Position numbers and translations under genes: made by a program. The notes beneath the pieces are model-generated. The model searched no databases, had not been told where the DNA came from, and saw only the letters and a program-made list of their open reading frames with translations. Positions 11,095 through 20,953 of a DNA stretch of 64,000 bases are shown in pieces (position 1 is the stretch's first letter; the number at the start of each line of letters is the position of its first letter). The stretch is from Candidatus Marinacidobacterales bacterium (GTDB lineage Bacteria > Acidobacteriota > Vicinamibacteria > Marinacidobacterales > SMYC01): the NCBI GenBank assembly GCA_965237955.1, contig OZ250169.1, positions 7,072,001 to 7,136,000 on the forward strand. Reading direction: 5' to 3'.

Positions 11095-11616
11095 ATGCGG
11101 GCGGTCGTGCTCAGCCTCGCGCTTGTGCACGGCTGCTCACCAGGACCGCCGCCAGCCGATCTCGTCTTCGTCGGCGGCCCCGTCTACACCCAGGACGAAT
11201 CGTTACCCTGGGCCGAGGCTCTAGCGGTTCGAGGGGAGACCATCGTCTCGGTGGGAGCCCGCGTCGACGTCGAGGTGTTTATCGGTGAGTCCACCCAGGT
11301 CATCGATCTCGACGGCCGGCTCCTTATTCCGAGGCTCGAAGACGATGCACTCGTCGCGATCCACAAGGCCGTGACCGGTCGAACGCTTCGGGGGACCACG
11401 ATCGCAAGGAAGCTCGAGCGCATCGAAGACGCCATCGTCGAACACACTTCGAGCCCGCTCGTCGTGGGATCGCCCGCCGATCTCACCGTCCTCCAGGAGA
11501 ACATTCTGAAAATCGCCCCCGAGCGCATTGCAGAGGCCAAAGTGGAGATGTCCGTGGTTGGTGGCAACGTCACCTACGTTGCAACGACCTTCGACCACGC
11601 TTCTCGACGACGTTAG
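11095..11616 (+). CDS. Miniature YtcJ-like amidohydrolase homologue lacking the catalytic barrel; putative lipoprotein
   Basis: The N-terminal ADLVFVGGPVYT...AEALAVRGE...IDLDGRLLIP is joined almost directly to the C-terminal AIHKAVTGR...ADLTVL...VEMSVVGG. No HxH metal motif; signal ends LVHGC. Confidence 0.6.
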   Translation: MRAVVLSLALVHGCSPGPPPADLVFVGGPVYTQDESLPWAEALAVRGETIVSVGARVDVEVFIGESTQVIDLDGRLLIPRLEDDALVAIHKAVTGRTLRGTTIARKLERIEDAIVEHTSSPLVVGSPADLTVLQENILKIAPERIAEAKVEMSVVGGNVTYVATTFDHASRRR

Positions 11617-11831
11617 AGTAGGCACTCCCACGAGAGGTATGACATGAAAACGTTGCACGGGGCCGGACAGGGGCAGGGGCAGGGGTCATTTGATCGGCTG
11701 CACCCAAGTTGCGGCGGCTGGTATAGTCCATTAGAGTACGGCTCCAAAGTCTAGAGCGCCGGACCACCGATAGCGGAGATATCTGGTATCTCCAGCTGTT
11801 TGAGTGACTTAACTTCAACAGGAGGTGCGCT

Positions 11832-13175
11832 ATCCCTGAGCCCGAGCGTTTCTGGGAACAGGTCCTTCAACTCATCGAAGACGAGACCGTCATTCCCATT
11901 GTGGGACAAGACCTTCTCGAGGTGGACCATGACGGCCAGCAAACGCTCCTCTACCCGTTGCTCGCGGCCGAGTTCGCGCAACGCTTTGCGATCTCGTACT
12001 CCGATTTACCGCGTGGCGACGAGCTTCAGGAAGTCGCGCGGCGGTACCTGGCGACGTCGCACGACGTCCAAGATATCTATCGCGAGCTCAGGGTCATCTT
12101 GCGGGAGCTCGAGCCGATCGCCATTCCGAAGCCACTGGCTCAACTGGCCAACATTCCGAAGCTCAAGCTCTACGTCACAACCACGTTCGACTTCATGATG
12201 GAGCGCGCGATCAACGCCGCACGGTTCGAGGGGCAGCGACAGACGCTCGCGTTCTCCTATGCTCCCAATGACAAACAGGATCTTCCCCGAGAGTTCGACC
12301 GGCTGAATCGGCCGACGGTGTACCAGCTCATGGGGCGCTTTTCGGGCACGCCGCATAGCTACGCCGTCACCCACGAGGACACGCTCCGGTTCGTTCAATC
12401 CCTGCAGGCAAAGACGGAAGACTCGCCGAATATATTGTTCGACAAGCTCAAGAGCGGAAACCTTCTCATCCTCGGTAGCCACTTCGCTGACTGGATCGCG
12501 AGCTTCTTCATTCGTGGCGCGAGCGGAGGCCGGCAGATCGAGATCCCGATCGACTTCGCCGTCGAAAGCGATGCTCGCGGTCGAGTGCTCTTCCTTCAGC
12601 GTTTCAGCGGAGGCACCCGAGTCTTCCGCGGCGAAGGCGCGACCGGGTTCGTGGACGAGCTATCCCGCCGGTGGACCGAGTTGCAGCCGGAGGACGAGCC
12701 GGAGTCCCCGCCGTCGATAGGCGAATTGCAGTCCGGCGCGGTGTTTTTGAGCTACGCGCGCGGGGACCTGAGCGTGGCCGAGTCGATTCGGGACGCTCTC
12801 GATCGCGGCGGCGTCGATGTCGTCTTCGCGAGCGATGATTCAGCTGTCGGGGACAAGCGGGAGAAGAAGCTGAGAAGCTTCCTCGGCGAGTGTTCGCTGT
12901 TCATGCCCGTGGTCTCGAAACGTTCGATGACTGCCGAAAGGCGCTTTTTTCGCGCCGAGTGGGTAGAGGCTATATTAGAGGCGAGAAAAGCCATTCCATC
13001 GGGGCGGTTTGTCCTCCCGGTGGTCGTCGACGATACGTCACCGGCGGAGTCCGCAATTCCGGAGGAATTCGGTAAGCTAGATTGGAAGAGATGGACGAGC
13101 GGCAAACCCAACTCCAAGTTCGTGGAGACAGTCGTGCAGCTTCAGCGAAGCTACCGGAGCGCGAGTTTCGCATGA
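11832..13175 (+). CDS. SIR2-like domain + C-terminal TIR domain protein
   Basis: SIR2-like segments FWEQVLQLI..VIPIVGQDLL, YVTTTFD and LLILGSHFADW; TIR segments VFLSYARGD, CSLFMPVVS, FFRAEW and FVLPVVVDD. The frame is open upstream of the called GTG (11901) back to an ATC at 11832 after AGGAGG. Confidence 0.8.
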   Translation: MPEPERFWEQVLQLIEDETVIPIVGQDLLEVDHDGQQTLLYPLLAAEFAQRFAISYSDLPRGDELQEVARRYLATSHDVQDIYRELRVILRELEPIAIPKPLAQLANIPKLKLYVTTTFDFMMERAINAARFEGQRQTLAFSYAPNDKQDLPREFDRLNRPTVYQLMGRFSGTPHSYAVTHEDTLRFVQSLQAKTEDSPNILFDKLKSGNLLILGSHFADWIASFFIRGASGGRQIEIPIDFAVESDARGRVLFLQRFSGGTRVFRGEGATGFVDELSRRWTELQPEDEPESPPSIGELQSGAVFLSYARGDLSVAESIRDALDRGGVDVVFASDDSAVGDKREKKLRSFLGECSLFMPVVSKRSMTAERRFFRAEWVEAILEARKAIPSGRFVLPVVVDDTSPAESAIPEEFGKLDWKRWTSGKPNSKFVETVVQLQRSYRSASFA

Positions 13176-15898
13176 ACACCGAGGTCTCCTCGTTCCCGTC
13201 CAGTGTCGGTGTCGGTGTCGGACTCAATGACGATAATCCGTGGCCTGGGCTCCTGCCCTTCGAAGAAGCGGATTGGAAGTACTTCCACGGGCGGGAATTC
13301 GAGTCGGAAATGTTGTACCGCCGTGTCGAGCGCGAGCGGCTGACCATCCTGTTCGCGCCTTCCGGCCTGGGAAAATCTTCGATCTTGCAAGCGGGTCTGT
13401 TCCCGCTCTCGCGTCGGGAGAACGTCTTACCCGTCTACATCCGCCTCGACTTCTCGCAAGACAAGCCCGAGCTGTGCGGCCAAGTGAAGACTGCGATCGT
13501 CCGCGAGGCAGAGCGCGCTAACGTCGAAGCTCCCAAGCCCGAGCCCAAGGAAACATTGTGGGAGTTCCTGCATCGCAAAGATGCCGGATTCTGGAGCGTC
13601 CGCCATCAAGTTTTGAAACCGCTTCTGATCTTCGATCAGTTCGAGGAAGTGTTCACCTTGGGACAGCGCGACCGATCGCGCGCGCACGCGACCAACCTGT
13701 TCCTCACCGAGCTTTCCGATCTCGTCGAAGCGCGACCGCCAGTCCAGCTGAAGTCCAGACTGGAAATGGAGCCGCCCAACAAAAAGGAAAGTGAAGCCGA
13801 ACGTTTCGCCTTCGATCGTCACCGTTACAAGATTCTCATGAGCCTCAGGGAAGATTTCCTTCCCGACCTCGAAGGGCTTGGAGAGCGTATGGGCTCGGTC
13901 GCGCACAACCGCTTCCGCCTCGGACGCATGAACGGCGTCGCCGCGCTTCAAGTGGTCACCCAGGCGCCTCACATCATCGCCCCCGACGTGGCCGAAAAAG
14001 TGGTGCGCTTCGTCGCTGCCTCGGAGAAAGATGAATCGCTCGTCGATCTGGAAGTAGAACCGGCCCTTCTCAGCGTCGTATGCCAGGAGCTCAACAGCCA
14101 ACGCCAGGAGCGCCGCGAGGCACGCATCACCGAACAGACTCTCGAGGGATCTCAGAAACAAGTTCTCGCCGACTTCTACGAACGCAGCATTGCCGATCTC
14201 AGCGAACCGGTGTGTACCTTCGTAGAAGAGAAGCTCTTGACGCGCAGTGGTTTCCGCAATCTCGTCGTCTACGAGGAAGCCATCAGCGCGCCCGGCGTGA
14301 CCGAGGACGACATCGAAGAGCTCGTCAAACGCCGCTTGGTACGGATCGAGGAGCGCGGTCACCTGCGTCTTCTCGAGCTGACCCACGATCTCCTCACCGG
14401 AGTGGTGACCGCAAGTCGTGACGAGCGGCGCCGGCGCATCCGCGAAGCGGAAGCGGTGCGTAAAGTGGAGGAACAGCACCGGAAGAGCCTGAAAAGGGCA
14501 GCCATCTTGCTCGCCGGATTCCTGCTCGCCGTAGGCGCGCTCGGAGGTTTGGCGTGGGCTTACTTCGCGCAACGCCAAGCGACGGAGCTGGCACAGGCGA
14601 AAGAAGCAGCGGAGATGGCCGCGGACGAAGCGTCCCAACAGCGAGCGATCGCCGAATCGCAACGACAACAAGCGGAACGACTGCAGCGCGACGCCGAAAG
14701 AGCGCGTGAGCTCGCCGAGTCGGCCGCGGCTGAAGCATCGCTCCAGCATTCGATCGCGGACACACAGCGCGAAGAGGCAGTGCGACAAGAACAAGAGGCT
14801 TCGAACGCGCGCGCGGAGGCGGAGATGGCCGCCGACGACGCGTTGCTCCAAAAAAACTTGGCGGACCGACAGCGAAGCATAGCGGAACAGCGACAACAAG
14901 AGATCGAAGACAGTCAGAAACAGGCTCAGGAGACGAACGACGCCTTGGTCGAAGCGCTCAGGGAACGACTTTCCAGTCCGGACCCTGGTGAGGTCGTCGG
15001 CGCGCTCGATATGCTCGTTCGCGGTAGTCAAGACACGGAAGTCATCCTCGCCCGAGTGGACGACGAGTGGTTCGCATCCACTCGTGAGTTCGTCCCTCTC
15101 CTCGTGGCCTTGGACGCGCTGGCACCCAACCGGCCGAGCGAGAGGTCGAGCGCGCTCCGGGCCATGCTCGTGACCCGTTTCAGTCAACAACCAGGCTACA
15201 ATCCGCCGCCACCGACGCTGTACGGAGTGCAGCGCATCAAGCTCGCCGGCGGGGAGTTCCAAATGGGAACCGCTGAGCCATCGGGCAATCGCGACAATGG
15301 CGACGACCACGGTGGGCACCGGGTGCGCGTCTCACCGTTTTATATTCAGCAGCACGAAGTGACCAGCGCTGAGTACCGCCGGTTCGATCTAAACCACAAC
15401 CCCGGCGCGCCGGACGGCCATCCGGTGACGAACGTCAGCTGGTACGACGCGATGGCCTACGCCGCGTGGCTCGGTGGAAGCCTTCCCACAGAGGCACAAT
15501 GGGAGCTTGCGGCACGTGGTCAGGCGGGACGATCCTACCCCTGGGGGGATGAAGCACCTACGCCGACTCACGCAAACTACAATCGAGTCGGCACGACGCC
15601 GACAGGAGAGTTTCCCGATGGAGCAACGCCCGAGGGCGTGCACGATCTGGCGGGGAACGTTTGGGAGTGGTGTCGCGACGGCTCGTCGCCATCAACAGCA
15701 CGAGCACTCCAGCCGAACGTGATCCTCGTCGATCCTGTTGGCTCGCAGAGGACCAACACTCGAGTGTTGAAGGGCGGTTCTTATTTCAACGACGAACGGT
15801 TTCTCGTCGCCGCACAGCGCAATGTCCTTCATCCGGACGCGAGCGAAAGCGTCGTGGGTTTTCGCGTGGCGTGGCCGGCATCGCGTCCGACGCCGTGA
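13172..15898 (+). CDS. nSTAND1-type P-loop NTPase + transmembrane helix + coiled coil + FGE-sulfatase (C-lectin fold) domain
   Basis: NPWPGLLPF, Walker A APSGLGKSS, Walker B LLIFDQFEEVF, SLREDFL and ELTHDLL; TM AAILLAGFLLAVGALGGLAWAYFA; A/E/Q/R-rich coil; FGE motifs HPVTNVSWYDA, LPTEAQWE, DLAGNVWEW, KGGSY and GFRV. ATGA overlap with the upstream gene. Confidence 0.88.
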   Translation: MNTEVSSFPSSVGVGVGLNDDNPWPGLLPFEEADWKYFHGREFESEMLYRRVERERLTILFAPSGLGKSSILQAGLFPLSRRENVLPVYIRLDFSQDKPELCGQVKTAIVREAERANVEAPKPEPKETLWEFLHRKDAGFWSVRHQVLKPLLIFDQFEEVFTLGQRDRSRAHATNLFLTELSDLVEARPPVQLKSRLEMEPPNKKESEAERFAFDRHRYKILMSLREDFLPDLEGLGERMGSVAHNRFRLGRMNGVAALQVVTQAPHIIAPDVAEKVVRFVAASEKDESLVDLEVEPALLSVVCQELNSQRQERREARITEQTLEGSQKQVLADFYERSIADLSEPVCTFVEEKLLTRSGFRNLVVYEEAISAPGVTEDDIEELVKRRLVRIEERGHLRLLELTHDLLTGVVTASRDERRRRIREAEAVRKVEEQHRKSLKRAAILLAGFLLAVGALGGLAWAYFAQRQATELAQAKEAAEMAADEASQQRAIAESQRQQAERLQRDAERARELAESAAAEASLQHSIADTQREEAVRQEQEASNARAEAEMAADDALLQKNLADRQRSIAEQRQQEIEDSQKQAQETNDALVEALRERLSSPDPGEVVGALDMLVRGSQDTEVILARVDDEWFASTREFVPLLVALDALAPNRPSERSSALRAMLVTRFSQQPGYNPPPPTLYGVQRIKLAGGEFQMGTAEPSGNRDNGDDHGGHRVRVSPFYIQQHEVTSAEYRRFDLNHNPGAPDGHPVTNVSWYDAMAYAAWLGGSLPTEAQWELAARGQAGRSYPWGDEAPTPTHANYNRVGTTPTGEFPDGATPEGVHDLAGNVWEWCRDGSSPSTARALQPNVILVDPVGSQRTNTRVLKGGSYFNDERFLVAAQRNVLHPDASESVVGFRVAWPASRPTP

Positions 15899-15929
15899 GT
15901 GCATATCCGCATACACCTCGGGAGCAAAC

Positions 15930-17480
15930 ATGATCCGCGGCGTGGCGCTCGGCTTTGCCTTCACATTTGTTGGTACTTGTCTAGGTTCTGGCTCAATCGG
16001 TCTCTCGCAAGAGACGACGTCGACGGCACGGGAGCTCGGCGAGATCGAGCATACGCCCGCACCGTGTATGGACACCGAAGCGTTCCCGCTGATCGAAGCT
16101 CACGCTTCGAGCACGGCGGTCGCACGACGTTTGACGAGGCTGACCATTCGCTTCAAAGCCGAAGATGACGCCGCCGGTTGGTACGAGACGTCGTTTCGCT
16201 CGACGGCAGGCACCACGTTTCAGGGAGCACTTCCCAAACCGCTTCCCGATGCCGGCCGGGTTACGTATTACTTCACGTCCGCCGGGCGCCGGACCCCCGA
16301 CTACCTGGTGCCGGTTTTGATGGGCGGTTGCCCGGGAGCACGCACCGCATCATCCGACCTCGCCGATAACATTCGCGTGCGCCGGACGTCGGACGATCAA
16401 AGCCCAATCCCGACGGGGTTCAGCGCCGATGGAATCCGTACCGGTGGTTCGATATCTGGAATGACCCTCGGGATCGTGGCCGCCGCAGCCGGCGGAGCCG
16501 GTGTCGCGGCTCTGGTGATCTCCGGCGACGAGACTCCCCCCGAAAACGGAGGCGGCGGTCCCCCCAACCCGGAAGCGGTCCGTGCCTGTTTCACCCCGGA
16601 TCCGATCCCGAACATCAATTCGGGAGAAACGATCCTGTTCGACGCGTCGTGCACCACTCCGGCGACGGTGACGACGTATCAATGGGACTTCGGTGACGGG
16701 ATGACCGCGCAGGGCTCGAGCGTAGAGCATTTGTTCACGCCGGGAGCCATCTACTCGGTGACTCTCACCGCTACCGACGGGCCGCGCTCCGACAGCACGT
16801 CCCGGCTCGTCCGCGTGATCGCCACACCCAGTGCGTGCTTCATCACCAACCCCGACCCTCCCCGCATCGCCGCCAACGATACGGCCAATTTCAATGCCGA
16901 ATGCTCGGTCGGCGACCGCGATGGTGGTGCCGCCGAGATTACGAGATACGAGTGGGACTTCGGCGATGGCCGCCCTGGAGCGGAAGGTGTCTTCGTGTCG
17001 CGCCGGTTCCCGAATCCGGACGTGTTCGGTGTTCGACTGACGGTCACGAACGGGGACGAAATTCAGGACACGAACACGCAATTCGTCGTTGTCGAGAGCG
17101 AAGCGACAGCGAGTCGTGAGCCCACGCTTCGAGCGACGGACGTCACCTTCACCAGCGAGCTCGAGCTCCCTGAAGGAGACGAAGGCGTGCGCGCTCGAGT
17201 CTCCATCAACAACACGGGTCTCGTCACCACGACGGCCCCCTCCCGCCAGCAACATCGACTGCGAGGTCGACCGGGCGAAAACGTGATCGAAGCCCGGCTT
17301 TTAACAGAGGCGAGCGGTCCCGGCCGATGGCGATTCGATTTCAGCGGTGCCGCGAACTTCGTAGCCGGAAGCCTCCGCGTCGACTCCGGCCAGGCACTCG
17401 CGGTGGACAGTCACAGCGTCGTGTTCCGCCTGACGGGAAAACCGGGCCCGTTCGTTCGCTTCCGCTTCCGCCTCGAGTAG
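15930..17480 (+). CDS. Secreted/membrane protein with two PKD domains
   Basis: Signal-like N-terminus; hydrophobic GIVAAAAGGAGVAALV segment; two PKD cores (YQWDFGDG, YEWDFGDG) followed by VTLTATD and VRLTVTN; GGAG RBS. Confidence 0.8.
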   Translation: MIRGVALGFAFTFVGTCLGSGSIGLSQETTSTARELGEIEHTPAPCMDTEAFPLIEAHASSTAVARRLTRLTIRFKAEDDAAGWYETSFRSTAGTTFQGALPKPLPDAGRVTYYFTSAGRRTPDYLVPVLMGGCPGARTASSDLADNIRVRRTSDDQSPIPTGFSADGIRTGGSISGMTLGIVAAAAGGAGVAALVISGDETPPENGGGGPPNPEAVRACFTPDPIPNINSGETILFDASCTTPATVTTYQWDFGDGMTAQGSSVEHLFTPGAIYSVTLTATDGPRSDSTSRLVRVIATPSACFITNPDPPRIAANDTANFNAECSVGDRDGGAAEITRYEWDFGDGRPGAEGVFVSRRFPNPDVFGVRLTVTNGDEIQDTNTQFVVVESEATASREPTLRATDVTFTSELELPEGDEGVRARVSINNTGLVTTTAPSRQQHRLRGRPGENVIEARLLTEASGPGRWRFDFSGAANFVAGSLRVDSGQALAVDSHSVVFRLTGKPGPFVRFRFRLE

Positions 17481-17519
17481 TGCTCGAACCCGCCGCCTTA
17501 GAAGGGCGTTGCAGGCTCG

Positions 17520-17625
17520 AGCCTTTCTTAGCAAGTCCCTCTCTATCTGCTTCGGCGGGTCCGCCGTAGCCTTTGGCGGAGGCGGAGGGGGAGAGGACAG
17601 GTGAGGGGGATCTCCCGGCCCCCCC
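17520..17625. repeat. REP-like GC-rich palindromic repeat
   Basis: CCCTCTC...GGGAGAGG arms flank CCGCCGTAGCCTTTGGCGGAGGCGG; a related GCCGTAGCCTTGCGCGAAG occurs at about 35370. Confidence 0.5.
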
Positions 17626-17803
17626 GTGACGACGAACGCGTAACGCGTTACCGTCCGTAACAGTGTCCTGTGGAAATCTTGGACCACGTGAGTCAACACG
17701 TCGACGGCCCCACGTATTTAACATAATCGGCGCACACGTGTCCGCGCGAGGCAAGCAAGAGCGACGATGCTAGACCCCACCGAACCAAGCGTGCCATCAC
17801 TTA

Positions 17804-19729
17804 GGGCCGCCGACAAAATAACTGTCTAGTTTTGAGCACACTCTTCCTGTTTCAGGTCGTGATCGCGATGTCGCCTGGCATCACGAGAGCCTGGCAAGCT
17901 CCCTAGAAACGGAACATTTGTAGATCTTCAGCAACCAGCGCGTGTTTGACAAACGGTCCTCATTTTAGGTAGGATTACACCTATCAAGGAGCACTTCTCC
18001 TATTATAAGACCTACGAGCTATCAGTCTGAAGATCTCGACCGCCTGTTGAGGAAGCACAAAATAGCTACCCTCGATGATTTGAAGGCAGTGTTGGGTACC
18101 GATGTGGACTCGACCGTCTTCCGAAAGCTCAATGAGTTGGCGTATCGGACAAGCTACTCCCACCGTGGTAGCTACTACACGTTGGACGAGATCGCCCAGT
18201 TCGATCGAAAAGGTCTTTGGTCGTTGCGCTCAGTGTGGTTCTCGAAGTACGGGACGTTGCTTGCGACGGTAAAAGCGTTGGTCGCGGCCTGTGAGGCAGG
18301 CTACTACGTCGACGAGCTCGAGGACGAGGTGCAGGTTGACGTCAAGGCTCCTCTGTTGAAACTGGTCCGAGAGAAAAGATTGGCGCGCGAGCAGGTGTTC
18401 GGCCGATATCTGTATCTGGCCACCGATGTGAGCACGCGCAAGCAACAGCTCTCGGCCCGCCAGGTACATGAGGCGTCACCTTCCACGTTGGGCTGGGTCG
18501 GGGGAGTCCGCGTGCTCCCCGTGGAGTTGAAGGCTGCGATCGTTCTTTTCTACAGCCTGCTCGATGAAAAGCAGCGCCGTCTCTACGCGGGAGTCGAGGC
18601 CATGAAGCTCGGTCACGGTGGCGACCAACAGATTGCCGAACTGCTCGGGATGGATCCGAGCACGGTAGCCAGAGGTCGTAGGGAATTACTAATGAGAGAT
18701 GTTGCGCTCGACGGAGTTCGGCGAAAGGGTGGCGGACGGCGCGCCGTGCAAAAAAAACGCCAGAAGTCATCGCCAAGATCGAAGAACTCATGAAGCACGA
18801 CACCGCGGGCGATCCGATGACGGGAGTGAAATGGACGCGGCGGACCACCGACAAGATTGCTTGCGAGCTAAGAAGCCTCGGTGTGAACGTCAGCAGCAAA
18901 ACCGTCGGTCGACTGCTCAAACAGCTCGGCTTCTCGTTGCGGGTGAACCACAAGAAGCTGTGCGGTGCCACGTCCGAAGATCGCGATACCCAATTCGCGT
19001 GTATTGCCGAACTGCGCGAGCGTTTTGCCGCAGCTGGTCATCCCATCATCAGCGTAGACACGAAGAAACGGGAGCTGGTGGGATTATTCAAAAACGGCGG
19101 GTAGGCCTGGAACCGCGAGCCGACTCTCGTCAAAGACCATGACTTCCGTTCCGAATCGAACGGCATCGCAATCCCCTACGGCGTCTACGATCTGCTCGCG
19201 AACCGCGGGACAGTGTTCATTGGTACCTCGTACAACACCCCGGACTTCGCCGTGAATGCCATCGAGAAGTGGTGGCGAACGGAAGGACGGCGACGCTATC
19301 CTGCAGCCCGTGACCTCGCGATATTGGCAGACGCCGGGGGCAGCAATGGCTATCGGTGTCGGGGTTGGAAGCACGGGCTTCAAACGCGGATTTGCAATCG
19401 CCACGACATCGCTATCACCATAGCCCACTATCCGTCCGGTACATCCAAGTGGAATCCAGTGGAGCACCGTCTGTTCAGCGAGATCAGCAAGAACTGGGCG
19501 GGCAGGCCTCTCGACAGCTACGAAACCATCCTCAAATACATCCGCACGACCACCACCTCTTCCGGTTTGCGAGTACGCGCACACCTTATCCGGCGTCGTT
19601 ATCCGAAGGGCGTCAAAATCACTGACGAGCGGATGCAGGCGCTTTCCGTTACAAAGGACCAGACTCTACCCAAATGGAACTACACCATCCGACCGTCTTG
19701 AAAACGGGAACTTATTTTGTCGCCGGCCC
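17804..19729 (+). mobile_element. ISAzo13-family insertion sequence
   Basis: Terminal inverted repeats GGGCCG(C/G)CGACAAAATAA; TTA duplicated at 17801-17803 and 19730-19732; lower GC than the flanks. Confidence 0.88.
18047..19701 (+). pseudogene. ISAzo13-family transposase (A8 slippery site at about 18750; in-frame TAG at 19102-19104)
   Basis: LDEKQRRLYAG, AGDPMTGVKWT, ISVDTKKRELVG, ADAGGSNG, HYPSGTSKWNPVEHRLFS and WNYTI. Confidence 0.85.
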
Positions 19730-20800
19730 TTAGTGGACGCGCCACTCCACGATGGCGACGTCGCTCAGAGAAAGCGAGCCGCCGGGCTCGAGGCGGGTCA
19801 CCCGTTCGCCGGCCTCGTCGTCGAAGACGCCGTTCGAGCTCGCGGTGTCGATGGCGTACAGGACGCCCGCGATCTCGATGATGAGGAGGTGCACGCGCGA
19901 CACCGCCCGGTCGGAGAGAACTTTTCCGACATCGCAGCGGCGAGAGCGGCCGAGTAGAATTCCCGCTTGTACGGCGCGCCGACCCAGGATGACCGTCGAT
20001 GAACCACGCGATGAAGTGATGAGCAACTCTCCAAACGGCGTCTCGTTCTCGTCGACGAGCTCGTGGACCGCCATCTCGGGACCGGCGATATTGTGAACGA
20101 GGGTTGGAGACGAGGAGAGGTCGGGCAGATCATCGACCTCCCATGCTTTGTCGCTGTTGGCTTCCCACTCCCGCGATTTCTCTTCCGTCTCGACCTCGTC
20201 GAGGTAGAGGCGGGCCGGAATCCGAGCCCAGCCCGCTTCGGGATCTTCCGGCCACGGCTCGTCCGCGCCGCCCGTGGCCCCCATGGAGAAGACCAGCAGG
20301 TCATAGTGGCCCACGCGAATAAACGCAGGTCCGTCCGCTTCGAGGGCTCGGAGCCTCTTTCTTCGCTCGTCGAGAAACGCGCTCGCGGAGCGCAAGTCCA
20401 GCAGCCGATAGCGGCACGCGCGGCCTGCCGCCTGGCTCGGATACAAAAGCACCGCCACGTGGCGCAGCGACAGGCTTCGGTCGTCTTTGAGGCGGAGGTC
20501 CGCCTTGGAATGTCGACCGATGATGGCGGTGCTCACCAGATCCGGCTTCGCTGCTAGAAACGCCGCTCCATGCACGGCGTCCGGGCTCATCGCGAGCAGG
20601 GTAACACCAGCGCGATCCGCGTGGGCCATCAGCCACTCGCGGATCTGCGGGTAGTGCTTGGTGAACTGCTCCTCGAGCGGCATGCGAGTCGTCGACGGCA
20701 AGTCGTCGACGGACAGCCCAAGGATGGTTTTTTCGTCTTTAGACGCAGGGCCGGGGTCAGAGTCGTTGTTGACCCAAAAAATGCGTGACTCGTCGCTCAC
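19730..20800 (-). CDS. Tandem FHA domain protein
   Basis: Two FHA-like segments: IIGRHSKADL...SLSLRH and LLGRSRRCD...VSRVH...DTASSNG. Confidence 0.75.
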   Translation of the reverse strand: MSDESRIFWVNNDSDPGPASKDEKTILGLSVDDLPSTTRMPLEEQFTKHYPQIREWLMAHADRAGVTLLAMSPDAVHGAAFLAAKPDLVSTAIIGRHSKADLRLKDDRSLSLRHVAVLLYPSQAAGRACRYRLLDLRSASAFLDERRKRLRALEADGPAFIRVGHYDLLVFSMGATGGADEPWPEDPEAGWARIPARLYLDEVETEEKSREWEANSDKAWEVDDLPDLSSSPTLVHNIAGPEMAVHELVDENETPFGELLITSSRGSSTVILGRRAVQAGILLGRSRRCDVGKVLSDRAVSRVHLLIIEIAGVLYAIDTASSNGVFDDEAGERVTRLEPGGSLSLSDVAIVEWRVH

Positions 20801-20953
20801 AGGGACCCCGGCGCCTATTATGTGCGACGAGGCACCCCGCGCTCAACAGACGCCGGGTCACGGCTTGGAGCAGAGAGGCGGCTTACTGTCTGGTTCAGCG
20901 ATAAACGCCGCGCATACCCCCGCCTTCCAAAACGAGAGAACGTTGGCCGCCGG

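Noticed and set aside
10288-11130. 280-aa ORF as full-length murQ
   Set aside because: The first ~120 codons are the antisense of the VOC fragment; only the C-terminal part resembles MurQ.
11660-11690. G-rich GGGGCA tandem as a functional G-quadruplex upstream of the TIR gene
   Set aside because: Too short and common in GC-rich intergenic DNA to support a function.
13427-15319. 630-aa minus-strand ORF (likewise 35980..38043, 23805..25283 and 7761..9011)
   Set aside because: Antisense shadows of well-supported genes in GC-rich DNA, with no recognisable motifs.
15760-15898. FGE/C-lectin 3' end as a diversity-generating retroelement variable region
   Set aside because: No template-repeat copy and no reverse transcriptase were seen in the window. 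The egtB remnant shares only the fold. A remote DGR cannot be excluded.
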